Source: a virus (taxonomy: Duplodnaviria; Caudoviricetes). From it: DNA of 64,000 nucleotides. The stretch covers positions 1 through 64,000 of IMG/VR virus record IMGVR_UViG_3300032030_000033; one strand, 5' to 3'. Under the pieces are notes generated by a model. That model made no database searches and had not been told where the DNA came from. It worked only from the letters and a program-made list of their open reading frames with translations. The translations under genes and the position numbers were made by a program. This document shows positions 1 to 9,514 of the stretch, piece by piece (the first letter of the stretch is position 1; each line of letters begins with the position of its first letter).

Positions 1-412
1 ATTGTCCATTTATATTAGTAGCATAGGGACGATTAAAAGGCATAGCCATTACGATTTGAGATTGTATTAAATCAGCTTGGCTTTCTTTTATAGCGTTTAT
101 AGTCACTTTATAACTAAGCTTTGCAACTACTGGTGGCTTGTAATGATATTTTTTTTCAAGCAATATACTTGCAAAGCCACCCAGCTGCTCCTCTGGGGCT
201 ATTTCTATATCACTCAAATAATAACTAATAAGAGGTCCTGGTTTTTGTCCGTTTACTGTTTCTTGTGTATATTTAGCAAAAGCAACTGGTGGTGTAGCAT
301 AAATGACTGAAATTTTATCTTCTTCTGTCATATTATAATCATGCGTTACACTTTCAAGAGCATTTTTTACAATTTTTGCGTATTCTTCAAACACAACAAA
401 TTCATCTTTCAT
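1..412 (-). CDS. T4 gp15-like tail terminator / sheath stabiliser (3'-truncated by window edge; not in ORF track)
   Basis: Manual translation from ATG at 412 (TAATG overlap with the previous stop): MKDEFVVFEEYAK...IYATPPVAFAKY...GPLISYYLSDI...YKPPVVAKLSYKVTINA...QSQIVMAMPF, open to the edge; follows gp13/gp14-like genes. Confidence 0.55.
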   Translation of the reverse strand, partial: MKDEFVVFEEYAKIVKNALESVTHDYNMTEEDKISVIYATPPVAFAKYTQETVNGQKPGPLISYYLSDIEIAPEEQLGGFASILLEKKYHYKPPVVAKLSYKVTINAIKESQADLIQSQIVMAMPFNRPYATNINGQ

Positions 413-972
413 TATCTAACCCCTTGCTCCTGAATGGCTTTTGTTGCCTGTTCCAAAACAGCTTTAGATAAAGATTTTGCAACTGCTAACCCAACTATCT
501 TTTTTATAGCCCTATAACATTCATTACCTGGTGTTGGTTCAGAAATTGGCAACTGGTTTGTAACTTTTATTATTTCAGCTACTATAATTCTTTTTATTTC
601 TGTTGAATTTTTTTTGTCTATTGGTAAACTCAGAAATTCTCCAGAGGCAACATCCCACTTTTTCTCGTTAATAGCTTTTATAATTTCGCTAATTTCTTCT
701 TTGTGTTTGTTTTTTTCTTCCTCCATCTTGTTAAGCTGCATTTTAACAGCATCTGAGTTTTTATTCTCTTTAACAAAATTTTTAAACTCAATACCTTTTT
801 TCCCAAAAGAACCTGCTATTGAATTAACTGCCCCTATTCCACCTTTAATTAAAAGAGCTGTTAGCCAAGCAGTAGCAACACTAAAAGTTCCTAGCCCGAG
901 CACCTTTCCTATGACAGCTGCAAAGCCTTCATTTATAGTTTCTTCTTCATAAAATTCTTTAAAAGTTTTCAT
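412..972 (-). CDS. Putative internal head protein with T4 CTS-like N-terminus and Gly-rich hydrophobic segment
   Basis: Starts MKTFKEFYEEETINE-G (compare T4 capsid targeting sequence MKTYQEFIAE); AAGTTAA motif 4 nt upstream. Confidence 0.5.
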   Translation of the reverse strand: MKTFKEFYEEETINEGFAAVIGKVLGLGTFSVATAWLTALLIKGGIGAVNSIAGSFGKKGIEFKNFVKENKNSDAVKMQLNKMEEEKNKHKEEISEIIKAINEKKWDVASGEFLSLPIDKKNSTEIKRIIVAEIIKVTNQLPISEPTPGNECYRAIKKIVGLAVAKSLSKAVLEQATKAIQEQGVR

Positions 973-976
973 ATTA

Positions 977-983
977 TTAACTT
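977..983 (-). promoter_or_regulatory. Putative late promoter AAGTTAA (leaderless class)
   Basis: AAGTTAA-TAAT-ATG; one of 25 copies listed in findings. Confidence 0.7.
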
Positions 984-1818
984 ACCCTTTAAGATTTGTT
1001 TTTGGAAGTCCGTAAGAATTTCTTGCGATTATTTTTCTATAATCATCTGGGAGATTAGCTATGGCTATATCTGTAACATTACAGTGACATGTCCAAGAAG
1101 TATATTCATTAACCATTGCTCCAGTTGGGTAAGCATTATTTACTTGGTATAGTTTATACTTATCAGTTAAAATAATGTCTCCGTTATCAATAACATCTCC
1201 GCAATTTTCATAAAGCCTGTCATTAACCCATATTTCTTCTTTTCTGTTTGGAGCCAGACGCATACTTACAGAGTTTATGTTTTTTGCTTCTTCCATATCT
1301 CCTTCATATGATAATTCAATAACAGAGCAATGTTTTTTTGCTGCATTAATAAAAGCCGCTACTGATTTATATTTGGTTAAATCTTCTTCTAGTAAAATTA
1401 CCTGATTTTTAGACCTTACAATAAATTTATTATTTTCTGTTGATAAAAAAAATACTTCTTCGGATATATTTTTTACTATTAATTTTCCAGCTTTTTTATC
1501 CTTTAAATTTCTAATACTGCAAACCATTCTTGCAAAATTAAATTCAAAATTTAAAGTATCTTCTTTTTCTACATAGTTATTTAAGCCAATTAAACCCTGA
1601 AACTCATTAAGAGTATATAAAGCTCTTTGCTCAAAGTGTGGTAAATAAATTCTTCCATTTTTTGCTTCATTGTATACTTCCGACACTTCTGTTTTTTTTC
1701 TATCTAGTAAGAAAATATAACATCTTCTACCCTGAATTTCTACACTAGCATCGTGTTGCTTCGATTCATATTCTAATTGACTTGAGCTATTAAAAGCGTC
1801 TATATAATTAAAACTCAT
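982..1818 (-). CDS. T4 gp14-like neck (head closure) protein
   Basis: Start moved to MSFNY (1818). GRRCYIFL...EVYNEA, GDIILTDKYKLYQV...WTCHC pattern; synteny gp13-gp14-gp15. Confidence 0.55.
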   Translation of the reverse strand: MSFNYIDAFNSSSQLEYESKQHDASVEIQGRRCYIFLLDRKKTEVSEVYNEAKNGRIYLPHFEQRALYTLNEFQGLIGLNNYVEKEDTLNFEFNFARMVCSIRNLKDKKAGKLIVKNISEEVFFLSTENNKFIVRSKNQVILLEEDLTKYKSVAAFINAAKKHCSVIELSYEGDMEEAKNINSVSMRLAPNRKEEIWVNDRLYENCGDVIDNGDIILTDKYKLYQVNNAYPTGAMVNEYTSWTCHCNVTDIAIANLPDDYRKIIARNSYGLPKTNLKG

Positions 1819-2590
1819 TTTTAGCCTCCAAAAAAACAGCATTTGAGTTATATTCTTTTATTTGTTTAAATAATTCTTCTTTTGTTTCCCATACATCTGG
1901 GAACATTGGAATTGTATTCATAAAATCATATTTTTCTTCAATTTTTGGGTTTTTAATAATTTTAACAATTTCTTTTTCTGATGCATATTTTTGCAAAGTT
2001 TTTATCAACGAACTGCCTTTGTCTGAATATGCAAAAATGTTAGAATGTGTAAAAATATACCATCTTTCAAAGTGAAAAAAAATTATGTTTTCTATATACA
2101 AATCGGGAATATTAAACTTTTTAAAATAATAAGCATCTGTTTTTTCTATACTATCTCCATTTTCTATTATATCTTGTTTTATTTTTTGAGCTAATTTTAT
2201 GCAATAGTTTCTTCCTTCTTCTACTCCGCCATTGGTAAAATTATTTAAACCTCGGTAGTTTATACTGCCAATTTTATTTTTCAGTGCTTCTTCTAAATTA
2301 CAATTAATCTCTTGAATGTAATAACCTGAATCAATATACCAAGCAAATGGTAACTTCCATAAAATATACAATCTTATTAAATCTGTTTCATAAGCTGGAT
2401 TCACTTTCGCTCTTTTTTTTAGAAAATCTTTACCAAAAAACGCAATAGCCTCTTGGACAATTTCATCATTTTCTGTAAAAATTTTAAACTTATCCCCAAA
2501 CATTTGTTTTGTTCTTTTTATACAAGCTGAGTGAATTGGCTGTGTTTTAATATAATCACCGCAATCTATACTAAAAATTAACAATTCCAT
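1808..2590 (-). CDS. Glycosyltransferase, GT32/Gly_transf_sug-like
   Basis: AYETDLIRLYILWK..AWYIDSG resembles the family D-x-x-R-(L/Y)..L...G-x-Y-x-D-x-D motif, with a degenerate DxD. Confidence 0.6.
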   Translation of the reverse strand: MELLIFSIDCGDYIKTQPIHSACIKRTKQMFGDKFKIFTENDEIVQEAIAFFGKDFLKKRAKVNPAYETDLIRLYILWKLPFAWYIDSGYYIQEINCNLEEALKNKIGSINYRGLNNFTNGGVEEGRNYCIKLAQKIKQDIIENGDSIEKTDAYYFKKFNIPDLYIENIIFFHFERWYIFTHSNIFAYSDKGSSLIKTLQKYASEKEIVKIIKNPKIEEKYDFMNTIPMFPDVWETKEELFKQIKEYNSNAVFLEAKNEF

Positions 2591-2592
2591 CT

Positions 2593-5070
2593 TTACCCCA
2601 TAAAGAAACCTAATGGTTCTTGATTTTTCATCATATCTTCTATAGCCTCTTTCACAGCTTGTTCACCACGCTGATACATAGTATCACCATTTAGCTGCAT
2701 TGCTATGCCAGTTCCTCCACCTGCAGACAAGCTGCTTCCATATTGTCCTCTGATTTCACCTTGAGCCATACGAATTTTTCCATAAACATATTTGATAACA
2801 TATGGGTCTCTCATTGCTTTTATTGGATCTATTGGGGCCTTATAAAGAATTGTTACTGATAAGTATTTTGTAATACTATTTGGGAAAATAAAGAGTCTGT
2901 TATTATAAACTTTCCAAGTTGGTTCAATTCCCAAAGATTGTTCCATGTTTTTTATATTCATTAAACTAATATAATAATCAGTTACAAAACCTTTTCCATA
3001 AAAAGCGCCATAGTTTACTCCACCTTGGCCGCACATTGCGTTAACAAGCGTTAAAGCTATTATGTCTTCTGTAGAATTATCAAAAGCACCAGCGTAAAAA
3101 CCTATTGGGAATAACGGTTTAAATAAGATGTCTGTTATATCATGCTGGTCTTCTATAATTGGTGGAATTTCATAACCATCTGTTGGGTTTCCTTGAAGCT
3201 GAATAGAGTAAGTATTTACTTCATCACTTCTGTATTTTTTATAAATACTTAAGGCCTCTTTTAAATACTTTTTTATTTGTTCATCTTTGATTTCAATAGG
3301 AATCAAATCACCAGAAGAGTATTCTTTTACATCTTCTATAAATTTATTATAATTATCTTCAATTGTTTCTTTTGTTTGATCTCTTCCTTGCGCTGTTTTT
3401 TCTTTGCCAAATAATAGCTCAGCTAGTTCGCCTTTTACGATAATATAAGCACCATTACCTTGTGTTTCAGAAACGAGAACTATTCTTCCAGCGTTATCTT
3501 TATAAACTTTAATGATTCCCTCTGGATACATATTTCTTATGTGGTCTATGATTTCATCAATTGTCATATTTTCTGGGAATGTAATTTCTGTGGTTCCCTG
3601 GTCTGTCTCTATAACAAGAGTTTTATCTTTTACTTCTTGTTTTTCGTCGTCGTCGAATTCTTTTTCGCCAACTAAAATCGCTGGAGTTACATTTCCATCT
3701 CCATATATGCTATCTTCATCAAGAGTAAAATACAAATCTTCTATCCAAGCTTCTGTATCACCGTCGCTTTCAAAATAAGCCCTTATAAATAAGTCATCTT
3801 TTCCAGTAAAAGTAAACTTATCTATATAATCTGAAAAAGTATAACTATCATTTGATTTTGTATATGTTCCATCAGAACTTCTCCAAGCTCCAGAGCTATA
3901 ATAGTAAAATACACCATCATAATTTAGCACCAGACTAATGTTATCAGAGCAATTTGCTACTAACTTTGTTAAAGAACCTTTAAAAATTTTATTTCCAGAA
4001 TAGTGAAAATCAATATATGGTCTTTCTGTGCTGTATTTTGTTAATTGAGAAGCTGGTGGTGTAAATGTTTCTTTGTGCTGAAGTTTTGATTTAATGATTA
4101 ATTCTTCGATAGAATATATATCTTTATCTGTTCCGTTAATTTTTAAAACAGTTTCTTCTGGCATTCTTTTAATTGGAGATATCAAAACAGCTTTTAGTAG
4201 TTCTCCATTTAAAAATACATACATTACAGAACTATCTATATCTACTTCTACATGGTCTAAATTAATCCCGTCGTTATTCCAAGGAATACTTGTTATTTTA
4301 ACAGTTTCCCCTTGCTGATATGTAAATTTTAGCTTTGATAAACTTCTGCCATCTTCTACGGAAGAAATATGTGAAATTTTTAAACTTGAATTTTCTGAGC
4401 TTAGCTCAATTATATTAGTGTTTTCATATGGCAATAAGCCAAAAAATCTATCCTCTATTTCTAAAAATGATAACAAATCATTTCCGTCAAAACCTGAACT
4501 TATTGTTAAAGTTTTTTCAGTTCCTAATGTGCTTATAGCAATAATTTTATCAGTTGTTTCGTCAAGATTTAATTCAAATGTATATTTTGAAGGATCCAGC
4601 TCAAAAGATAATTTATTTTTTATTGTTGCAAAAGTTGAACCTTCTTTTAGTTTTAAAACTATAGTTCTTGAAATCTCACCATCTACCTGAACTGTAAAAG
4701 AATAATCGCCAGCAGGGAGGCTTTCCCAATCACCTTTCTTTTTCAAATAAACAGTTGGATAACCGTTTATTTGATTTGCGCCTAGCAAAAAACTTATATG
4801 TATATTATCAGATAAACTTTCTAAATTTTTTCCGTTAAAAATTAAAGGTGAGCTAATTTTTGAGTAAGAGCCAAACTTACCACCAGAACAAATACTTGGT
4901 GCTACTTCAAAATCTGGTGATTTGTCATATAAAGCATACTCAGCTTTATCCTCTTCGCCAGACCAATAAAACAGTAAATCCTTTTGATATTTTCTTAGTT
5001 GTATTTTTTTATCTTCATACCAAAAACAATCTATATTACTTTCTTTTTTATAAATGTAATTTTCAATCAT
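2593..5070 (-). CDS. T4 gp13-like neck protein with large N-terminal beta-rich (LamG-like) extension
   Basis: C-terminal ~250 aa: IPIEIKDEQI..YLKEAL, KYVYGKIRMAQGEIRGQY..LSAGGG..LNGDTMY..PLGFFMG as in gp13 homologues; N-terminal HVEVDIDSSVMYVFLNG..IEELII is LamG-like. Confidence 0.7.
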   Translation of the reverse strand: MIENYIYKKESNIDCFWYEDKKIQLRKYQKDLLFYWSGEEDKAEYALYDKSPDFEVAPSICSGGKFGSYSKISSPLIFNGKNLESLSDNIHISFLLGANQINGYPTVYLKKKGDWESLPAGDYSFTVQVDGEISRTIVLKLKEGSTFATIKNKLSFELDPSKYTFELNLDETTDKIIAISTLGTEKTLTISSGFDGNDLLSFLEIEDRFFGLLPYENTNIIELSSENSSLKISHISSVEDGRSLSKLKFTYQQGETVKITSIPWNNDGINLDHVEVDIDSSVMYVFLNGELLKAVLISPIKRMPEETVLKINGTDKDIYSIEELIIKSKLQHKETFTPPASQLTKYSTERPYIDFHYSGNKIFKGSLTKLVANCSDNISLVLNYDGVFYYYSSGAWRSSDGTYTKSNDSYTFSDYIDKFTFTGKDDLFIRAYFESDGDTEAWIEDLYFTLDEDSIYGDGNVTPAILVGEKEFDDDEKQEVKDKTLVIETDQGTTEITFPENMTIDEIIDHIRNMYPEGIIKVYKDNAGRIVLVSETQGNGAYIIVKGELAELLFGKEKTAQGRDQTKETIEDNYNKFIEDVKEYSSGDLIPIEIKDEQIKKYLKEALSIYKKYRSDEVNTYSIQLQGNPTDGYEIPPIIEDQHDITDILFKPLFPIGFYAGAFDNSTEDIIALTLVNAMCGQGGVNYGAFYGKGFVTDYYISLMNIKNMEQSLGIEPTWKVYNNRLFIFPNSITKYLSVTILYKAPIDPIKAMRDPYVIKYVYGKIRMAQGEIRGQYGSSLSAGGGTGIAMQLNGDTMYQRGEQAVKEAIEDMMKNQEPLGFFMG

Positions 5071-5074
5071 AAAA

Positions 5075-5081
5075 TTAACTT
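5075..5081 (-). promoter_or_regulatory. Putative late promoter AAGTTAA for gp13-like gene (leaderless)
   Basis: AAGTTAA-TTTT-ATG. Confidence 0.7.
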
Positions 5082-5408
5082 TTATATTATGATTTTTACA
5101 ATTCCATTAAACTCTTGGTTTTCGTATTTAGGGTCTACTATTTTTCCGAAAACTATTTTTTTTATAAGACAGCCTTTTTCGGATAAATTTGGATCTATTT
5201 CATCATCTAATTCAAAATCTATGCCGCCCCAACCAGGAATAATCGTTTCTGGGTTTTTAATTTTCCCCTCTAACCTTTCGGTTTTAGAAGACCAAACCTC
5301 TATTTCGCCATATGTTTTTATAGTTAGTTTGGCGGCCTCGGCAATAAGTTTGTTTTTTCTTTTAGCATTTGTGTCGTTTGTCTTACTAGCATAAAAAATT
5401 CTTAACAT
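5082..5408 (-). CDS. Hypothetical protein
   Basis: 108-aa ORF with AAGGAG SD upstream. Confidence 0.6.
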   Translation of the reverse strand: MLRIFYASKTNDTNAKRKNKLIAEAAKLTIKTYGEIEVWSSKTERLEGKIKNPETIIPGWGGIDFELDDEIDPNLSEKGCLIKKIVFGKIVDPKYENQEFNGIVKIII

Positions 5409-5464
5409 CTCGTTTCTCCTTTAAAAAATTTAAAAAAAATAAAAAAAGCACCTTCTTCGATTTT

Positions 5465-6367
5465 TTAAAGCCCAATTTCTTTTTTTGTCAAGCGAAGATA
5501 ACTCATAATAGACTCTGCTATCTCTCTAATTTCTTTTTGAGCATGAGTATCTACTCTAAGATGTAAAAATTTTTTCCAGTCGTCAATTGTTCCAGTTACA
5601 ACTATTGTAGAAGCGGCGCAATTTGGGAGTATTTGCCTTGCATCTTCTGGTTTTGCACCGTTTTCAATCGCTTTAAAATAAGAATCTTCTACTATTTTTA
5701 ATACGCTTTCGTCTACACTTTCACTTCTTATAAACCTTATAGAGTGATTAAATTTATTACCGCTATAATTACAATAGCGTTGACTTTCCTGAGAAAAACT
5801 TAAACTTCTATGTCTTACAATCTGATGAGTAAAAGAACGACTTCCTACAATTTCAAAAGTGTAAGCCTTATGCATTGATAAATCGTCGCAAATTTTTTCC
5901 GCGTCTAAATCATAAAGAATGTTATCATCTCTAACATCTTCATTTTCATCAATCTCAAACAAATAAGGATAGTCTTTACGCAAGAAATTTTTTAAAACTT
6001 TTGTTTCTTCTTGATACATTATCGACTTTGCCCCATTTAGTAGTTCATACCAAGCTCTTATATCTCCAGAAACAAAAAAATGTGAAGGCATTCCATTTGT
6101 ATTTACACTTATATTAAAATAATGTTCAAACTCAAACATTTCTTCATAACAATTTTCGCAAAAAACATCTGCTGGGATTGCAAACATTTTTCTTTCATGC
6201 TCGAGAACACTCAAATGTCGAGAGTTCACTATATTTTTTATAAATCTTTCATAAGACCCATCCGAAATTTTATCTTGTGATTTATAACATACTCTGCCCG
6301 CATATTCGATTTTTCTTCCGGGTGATGCTAAGTCAATTAATTTTACATTATTTTTAACAAATTCCAT
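5465..6367 (-). CDS. thyX: FAD-dependent thymidylate synthase ThyX (partly duplicated Thy1 architecture)
   Basis: IEYAGRVCYKS, RHLSVLEH, HQIVRHRSLSFSQESQRY, EDARQILP, HAQKEIR motifs. Confidence 0.93.
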   Translation of the reverse strand: MEFVKNNVKLIDLASPGRKIEYAGRVCYKSQDKISDGSYERFIKNIVNSRHLSVLEHERKMFAIPADVFCENCYEEMFEFEHYFNISVNTNGMPSHFFVSGDIRAWYELLNGAKSIMYQEETKVLKNFLRKDYPYLFEIDENEDVRDDNILYDLDAEKICDDLSMHKAYTFEIVGSRSFTHQIVRHRSLSFSQESQRYCNYSGNKFNHSIRFIRSESVDESVLKIVEDSYFKAIENGAKPEDARQILPNCAASTIVVTGTIDDWKKFLHLRVDTHAQKEIREIAESIMSYLRLTKKEIGL

Positions 6368-6376
6368 ATTTACTCC

Positions 6377-6628
6377 TTAAATTTCTTCATATTTTTTTTG
6401 AAAATCGTCGGCGTCCATTACTTCGTAATCTTCATCGTTTTTTACAATGAAACACCCGATTTCTATTTTTTTGTTTGGTATTTTTATTATATCTGGTATT
6501 GGTGGTTTTACTGTAGATAAAGTCCATTCTAGATTTTCTTTGCCAACAAAATCTTCAAGCTCTTCTTTATTTTTTCCAGACCAAAGAAGGGCTTGAATTG
6601 TTTCTTTACTTCTATAAGTTTTTATCAT
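6377..6628 (-). CDS. Small conserved phage protein
   Basis: YRSK..IQALLWSGKN...GCFIVK..DDFQKKYE pattern common in phage small proteins; consensus sigma70 promoter directly upstream. Confidence 0.6.
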   Translation of the reverse strand: MIKTYRSKETIQALLWSGKNKEELEDFVGKENLEWTLSTVKPPIPDIIKIPNKKIEIGCFIVKNDEDYEVMDADDFQKKYEEI

Positions 6629-6634
6629 AATTAA

Positions 6635-6663
6635 ATTATATATTATGGACTAATTTTTGTCAA
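6635..6663 (-). promoter_or_regulatory. Sigma70-type promoter TTGACA-17-TATAAT, 6 nt before ATG (leaderless), driving the 6628/thyX unit
   Basis: Minus strand TTGACA aaaattagtccataata TATAAT ttaatt ATG. Confidence 0.85.
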
Positions 6664-8028
6664 GTTAGCGTCTAGCAAAGTTATATCATTATAACCTTCT
6701 TTTTTATAAAGTGTTAATCTTTGTTTTGAGTGTTTATATAAGTATTTATTATTCATATCTACAAAATCATAAAAAACTCCTTGTTTTTTTTCTTTTGTGA
6801 TTCTTAAAACTCTACCAATACGCTGAATTGTAGCGGTTACTGCTTTACCGCCACTTGCCATTATTAAAGTTTTCATATTCGAAATAGAAATACCTTCTTG
6901 TAAAATGTTTGTTCCTATCAATACTGGAATTTCTCCATTATTAAATTTATTAATAACTTCCATTCTTTTATTTAAAGGGTCTTCTCCTTTTAAATAAACC
7001 GAGCCAGGAATTACTTCATTTAATTCCTTTCCATGCTCTAAAATACTTACAAGAATACAAATATATCCTTCTTCTCTATGTTTTTCAACTATATTTTTTA
7101 TAACTTCGTTTCTTACTTTATTATGAACAATCCCCAAATCATTAGCTGAAGGATAATCAAATGTTTCTGGACAATCAACCTTTACTAAGTTTATTTTTGC
7201 TTTTGCCATTACCCCATTATCCATTAATTCGTTTGATTTTATTTGAATTATTATAGGACCAAATTGCTGTCTTATTTTTGCAAAATCTAATAAATTACCG
7301 TTCGAAGGAGAAGCAGAAAAACCATATTTTAACGGACACCCGAATGAAGCATAAAAATCCTGAAATGTTTTTGAAGAATGTCTATGAACTTCATCTGCTA
7401 ACACCATTTGAAACCTTGAAACATCTAATTTTTTAACAGACTGAATTGTAGACACCATACAATAACCCTGCCTTACACCATTACCAGAACAAAATCCGCA
7501 ATCGATTCCTTTGTCTCTAAAATCTTGAGCAAGTTGAGCTCCCAATGTTGCTCTATCTGTTAAAATTAATGTTGGTAAATTTGTAAGTTTTAACCATGCA
7601 GCCATAATAGAGGATTTACCTGCAGAAGTCGGAGCCATTACAATCCCTTTGTTTGTTTTAAGTAACGCTTTTAATGCCCTTGTTTGATGTTCTACATAGT
7701 CAAAATTTGGCAAAAAAGATTTTAATTCATCATCAGTCCATTCTTTCGTTTGGAAATCAAAGTGTGTTCTTTTATCTTCAAAGTTTTCTATTTTTATATT
7801 ATTATTTTGACAAAATAAAATTATTTCTTTTGTCAAACCAGCAAAACCAACCAATCTTCCTTTTATATTTTTCATAAGTGGAACATGTTTTAATTTTGTT
7901 ATGTCATAACCACCTTTTGAAAAGCATAAAGAGTTATCATCATATGTTTGAAATTTGTTTATTTTTTTTAAATCGTGCTCGTCGCCACTTATTTGAATTG
8001 TAGCATCAGTTAAAACTATATCTATCAT
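6643..8028 (-). CDS. uvsW: UvsW-like SF2 DNA helicase
   Basis: APTSAGKS (Walker A), DEVH, GFSAS, EGISI, QRIGRVLR, YDFVD..HSKQRLTLYKKE. Confidence 0.88.
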   Translation of the reverse strand: MIDIVLTDATIQISGDEHDLKKINKFQTYDDNSLCFSKGGYDITKLKHVPLMKNIKGRLVGFAGLTKEIILFCQNNNIKIENFEDKRTHFDFQTKEWTDDELKSFLPNFDYVEHQTRALKALLKTNKGIVMAPTSAGKSSIMAAWLKLTNLPTLILTDRATLGAQLAQDFRDKGIDCGFCSGNGVRQGYCMVSTIQSVKKLDVSRFQMVLADEVHRHSSKTFQDFYASFGCPLKYGFSASPSNGNLLDFAKIRQQFGPIIIQIKSNELMDNGVMAKAKINLVKVDCPETFDYPSANDLGIVHNKVRNEVIKNIVEKHREEGYICILVSILEHGKELNEVIPGSVYLKGEDPLNKRMEVINKFNNGEIPVLIGTNILQEGISISNMKTLIMASGGKAVTATIQRIGRVLRITKEKKQGVFYDFVDMNNKYLYKHSKQRLTLYKKEGYNDITLLDANLTKISP

Positions 8029-8037
8029 AACTAAATT

Positions 8038-8066
8038 ATTTTAGAATCTTTTTGCTATTTTGTCAA
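8038..8066 (-). promoter_or_regulatory. Sigma70-type promoter for uvsW
   Basis: TTGACA-17-TAAAAT, 9 nt before ATG. Confidence 0.75.
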
Positions 8067-8067
8067 T

Positions 8068-8093
8068 AAAAAAGACTGGCTAAGCCAGTCTTT
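8068..8093 (-). terminator. Rho-independent terminator
   Basis: AAAGACTGGC-TAA-GCCAGTCTTT hairpin with T tract on the minus strand. Confidence 0.8.
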
Positions 8094-8096
8094 AAG

Positions 8097-8516
8097 TTAT
8101 AATACATTACTTATTGCTCTTGCATTTCCTTTTGACTTTGACACAGCTCTAGATGCCGCAGTCGCAAGTCCTCCATATACATACGCTTTCCACTTTGCAT
8201 TATTTTCATCTTCTCCAAATTTTGAATTAGCTATTGAAGATAGTTTATCAAAGCATTTTTGCGCTCCCTCTGTTTTTAAAAAAGATTTTATTTTTTCTCT
8301 CGATACGTGAGTATCAAATTTTACAAGACATTTGTTTTGTATTTGTGTAACTAGGCGTTCATTTCCAGGCGTAGCTCCTCCTGAATAATCCCAGTATGTT
8401 TTTCCTTTATTTATATAAGAACCTTTCTCGTTTCCTTTATATCCTTGACGATGTTTATAAGATCTTTTTTCGAGGATTATACTTTCTGTTATCTCTACAA
8501 CTTTTTCAAAATTCAT
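8097..8516 (-). CDS. Basic putative internal head protein
   Basis: Start moved to MNFEKVVEITESIILE (8516), immediately after the upstream stop; CTS-like propeptide then basic domain. Confidence 0.55.
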   Translation of the reverse strand: MNFEKVVEITESIILEKRSYKHRQGYKGNEKGSYINKGKTYWDYSGGATPGNERLVTQIQNKCLVKFDTHVSREKIKSFLKTEGAQKCFDKLSSIANSKFGEDENNAKWKAYVYGGLATAASRAVSKSKGNARAISNVL

Positions 8517-8517
8517 T

Positions 8518-8955
8518 TTAATACCCAAAATAATTGTTTGTTTGAACACTTGCTTCTTTTTCTTGAACTGGAGTTGAAGTAACTTCAATTTCAACTTTTG
8601 GTTGTTCTACTTTTTCTGTTTTATCGCCAAATGTATAATCTATTGTTTTTTTATATAATTCCAAAGCGTTTTCTGCTGCCACTTTTAAAGCCTTAAAAAG
8701 TTCTACTTTTTCTTCTTCTGAAAATTGTATTTTTTCAGAGTTTTCTTCAGAGTCGCACTTACAACAACATGTCATTCCATCTGTTGCTAGTGAACTATCT
8801 GCTATTCCCATTGCAATTCTTTGAACATCTTCCATAAATCTCATAGACATTGCATTAAAAACATTTGACGCTCTTGATTTTACACTTTTTATTAAAAACC
8901 TATTTTTTAATTCTTCAGCAGAATTTGTGCTTCCTAAAATTTGTTCAATTGTCAT
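8518..8955 (-). CDS. Putative prohead core protein, paralogue A; C-terminal YFGY tag
   Basis: Helical; EEKVELFKALK..TIDYTFGD aligns with EDKADLLANLK..DINSLFGE of neighbour; AAGGAG SD. Confidence 0.5.
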   Translation of the reverse strand: MTIEQILGSTNSAEELKNRFLIKSVKSRASNVFNAMSMRFMEDVQRIAMGIADSSLATDGMTCCCKCDSEENSEKIQFSEEEKVELFKALKVAAENALELYKKTIDYTFGDKTEKVEQPKVEIEVTSTPVQEKEASVQTNNYFGY

Positions 8956-8964
8956 AATTACTCC

Positions 8965-9405
8965 TTAATAATTAAAAATTGATTGACCAGGCTTTTGTTC
9001 AATTACATGTTCTGCTGGTGTCTTTTTTTCATCTTTTGGATCATCCTGGGCTTCTTCTTCCGAAGCACCTTCTGGAGCTTTTGCTATTTCTTCTTTTTCA
9101 CCAGATTGTTTATCTACCTCAACAGAAGCTTGTTTTTCTTCACCAAATAAACTATTTATATCCGATTTCATTTTGTTATATGTTTCATAAGCCAAAGACT
9201 TAAGATTTGCTAACAAATCTGCTTTATCTTCATCTGGTAATTTTGAACTTAATATATTACTAAACTCATCCCTTAATTGCCAATCACAGTTAACACTTAA
9301 AGTATTAATTTTTGACATTGCTAGTTTTTTTATAATATTTGAGCTAATTGATGGTTTCTGAGTATTACCTTCAATTGCTTGTTTAATTATATCTAATGCT
9401 ATCAT
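8965..9405 (-). CDS. Putative prohead core protein, paralogue B; C-terminal IFNY tag
   Basis: Paralogue of 8518..8955; late motif at 9422-9428. Confidence 0.5.
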   Translation of the reverse strand: MIALDIIKQAIEGNTQKPSISSNIIKKLAMSKINTLSVNCDWQLRDEFSNILSSKLPDEDKADLLANLKSLAYETYNKMKSDINSLFGEEKQASVEVDKQSGEKEEIAKAPEGASEEEAQDDPKDEKKTPAEHVIEQKPGQSIFNY

Positions 9406-9437
9406 TTTAAACTTCCTAAAATTAACTTGAAACTTTA

Positions 9438-9508
9438 TAACTAACTAATAGTATTATGTAGAGCGGACATTTTTGTCGTGACTTACGACAATTTTGTCTG
9501 GACGGTGC
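9438..9508. repeat. 71-bp dispersed palindromic element, copy A
   Basis: TAACTAACTAATAGTATTATGTAGAGCGGACATTTTTGTCG-TGACTTA-CGACAATTTTGTCTGGACGGTGC; second copy at 41333-41403. Confidence 0.9.
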
Positions 9509-9514
9509 AACAAT

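Noticed and set aside
77-310. Plus-strand 77-aa ORF and the other short plus-strand ORFs in the track
   Set aside because: Antisense to well-supported minus-strand genes, F/L/S-rich shadow composition, no expression signals
9438-9508. CRISPR repeat or tRNA interpretation of the 71-bp element
   Set aside because: Only two distant copies with no spacer array; no cloverleaf, T-loop or CCA
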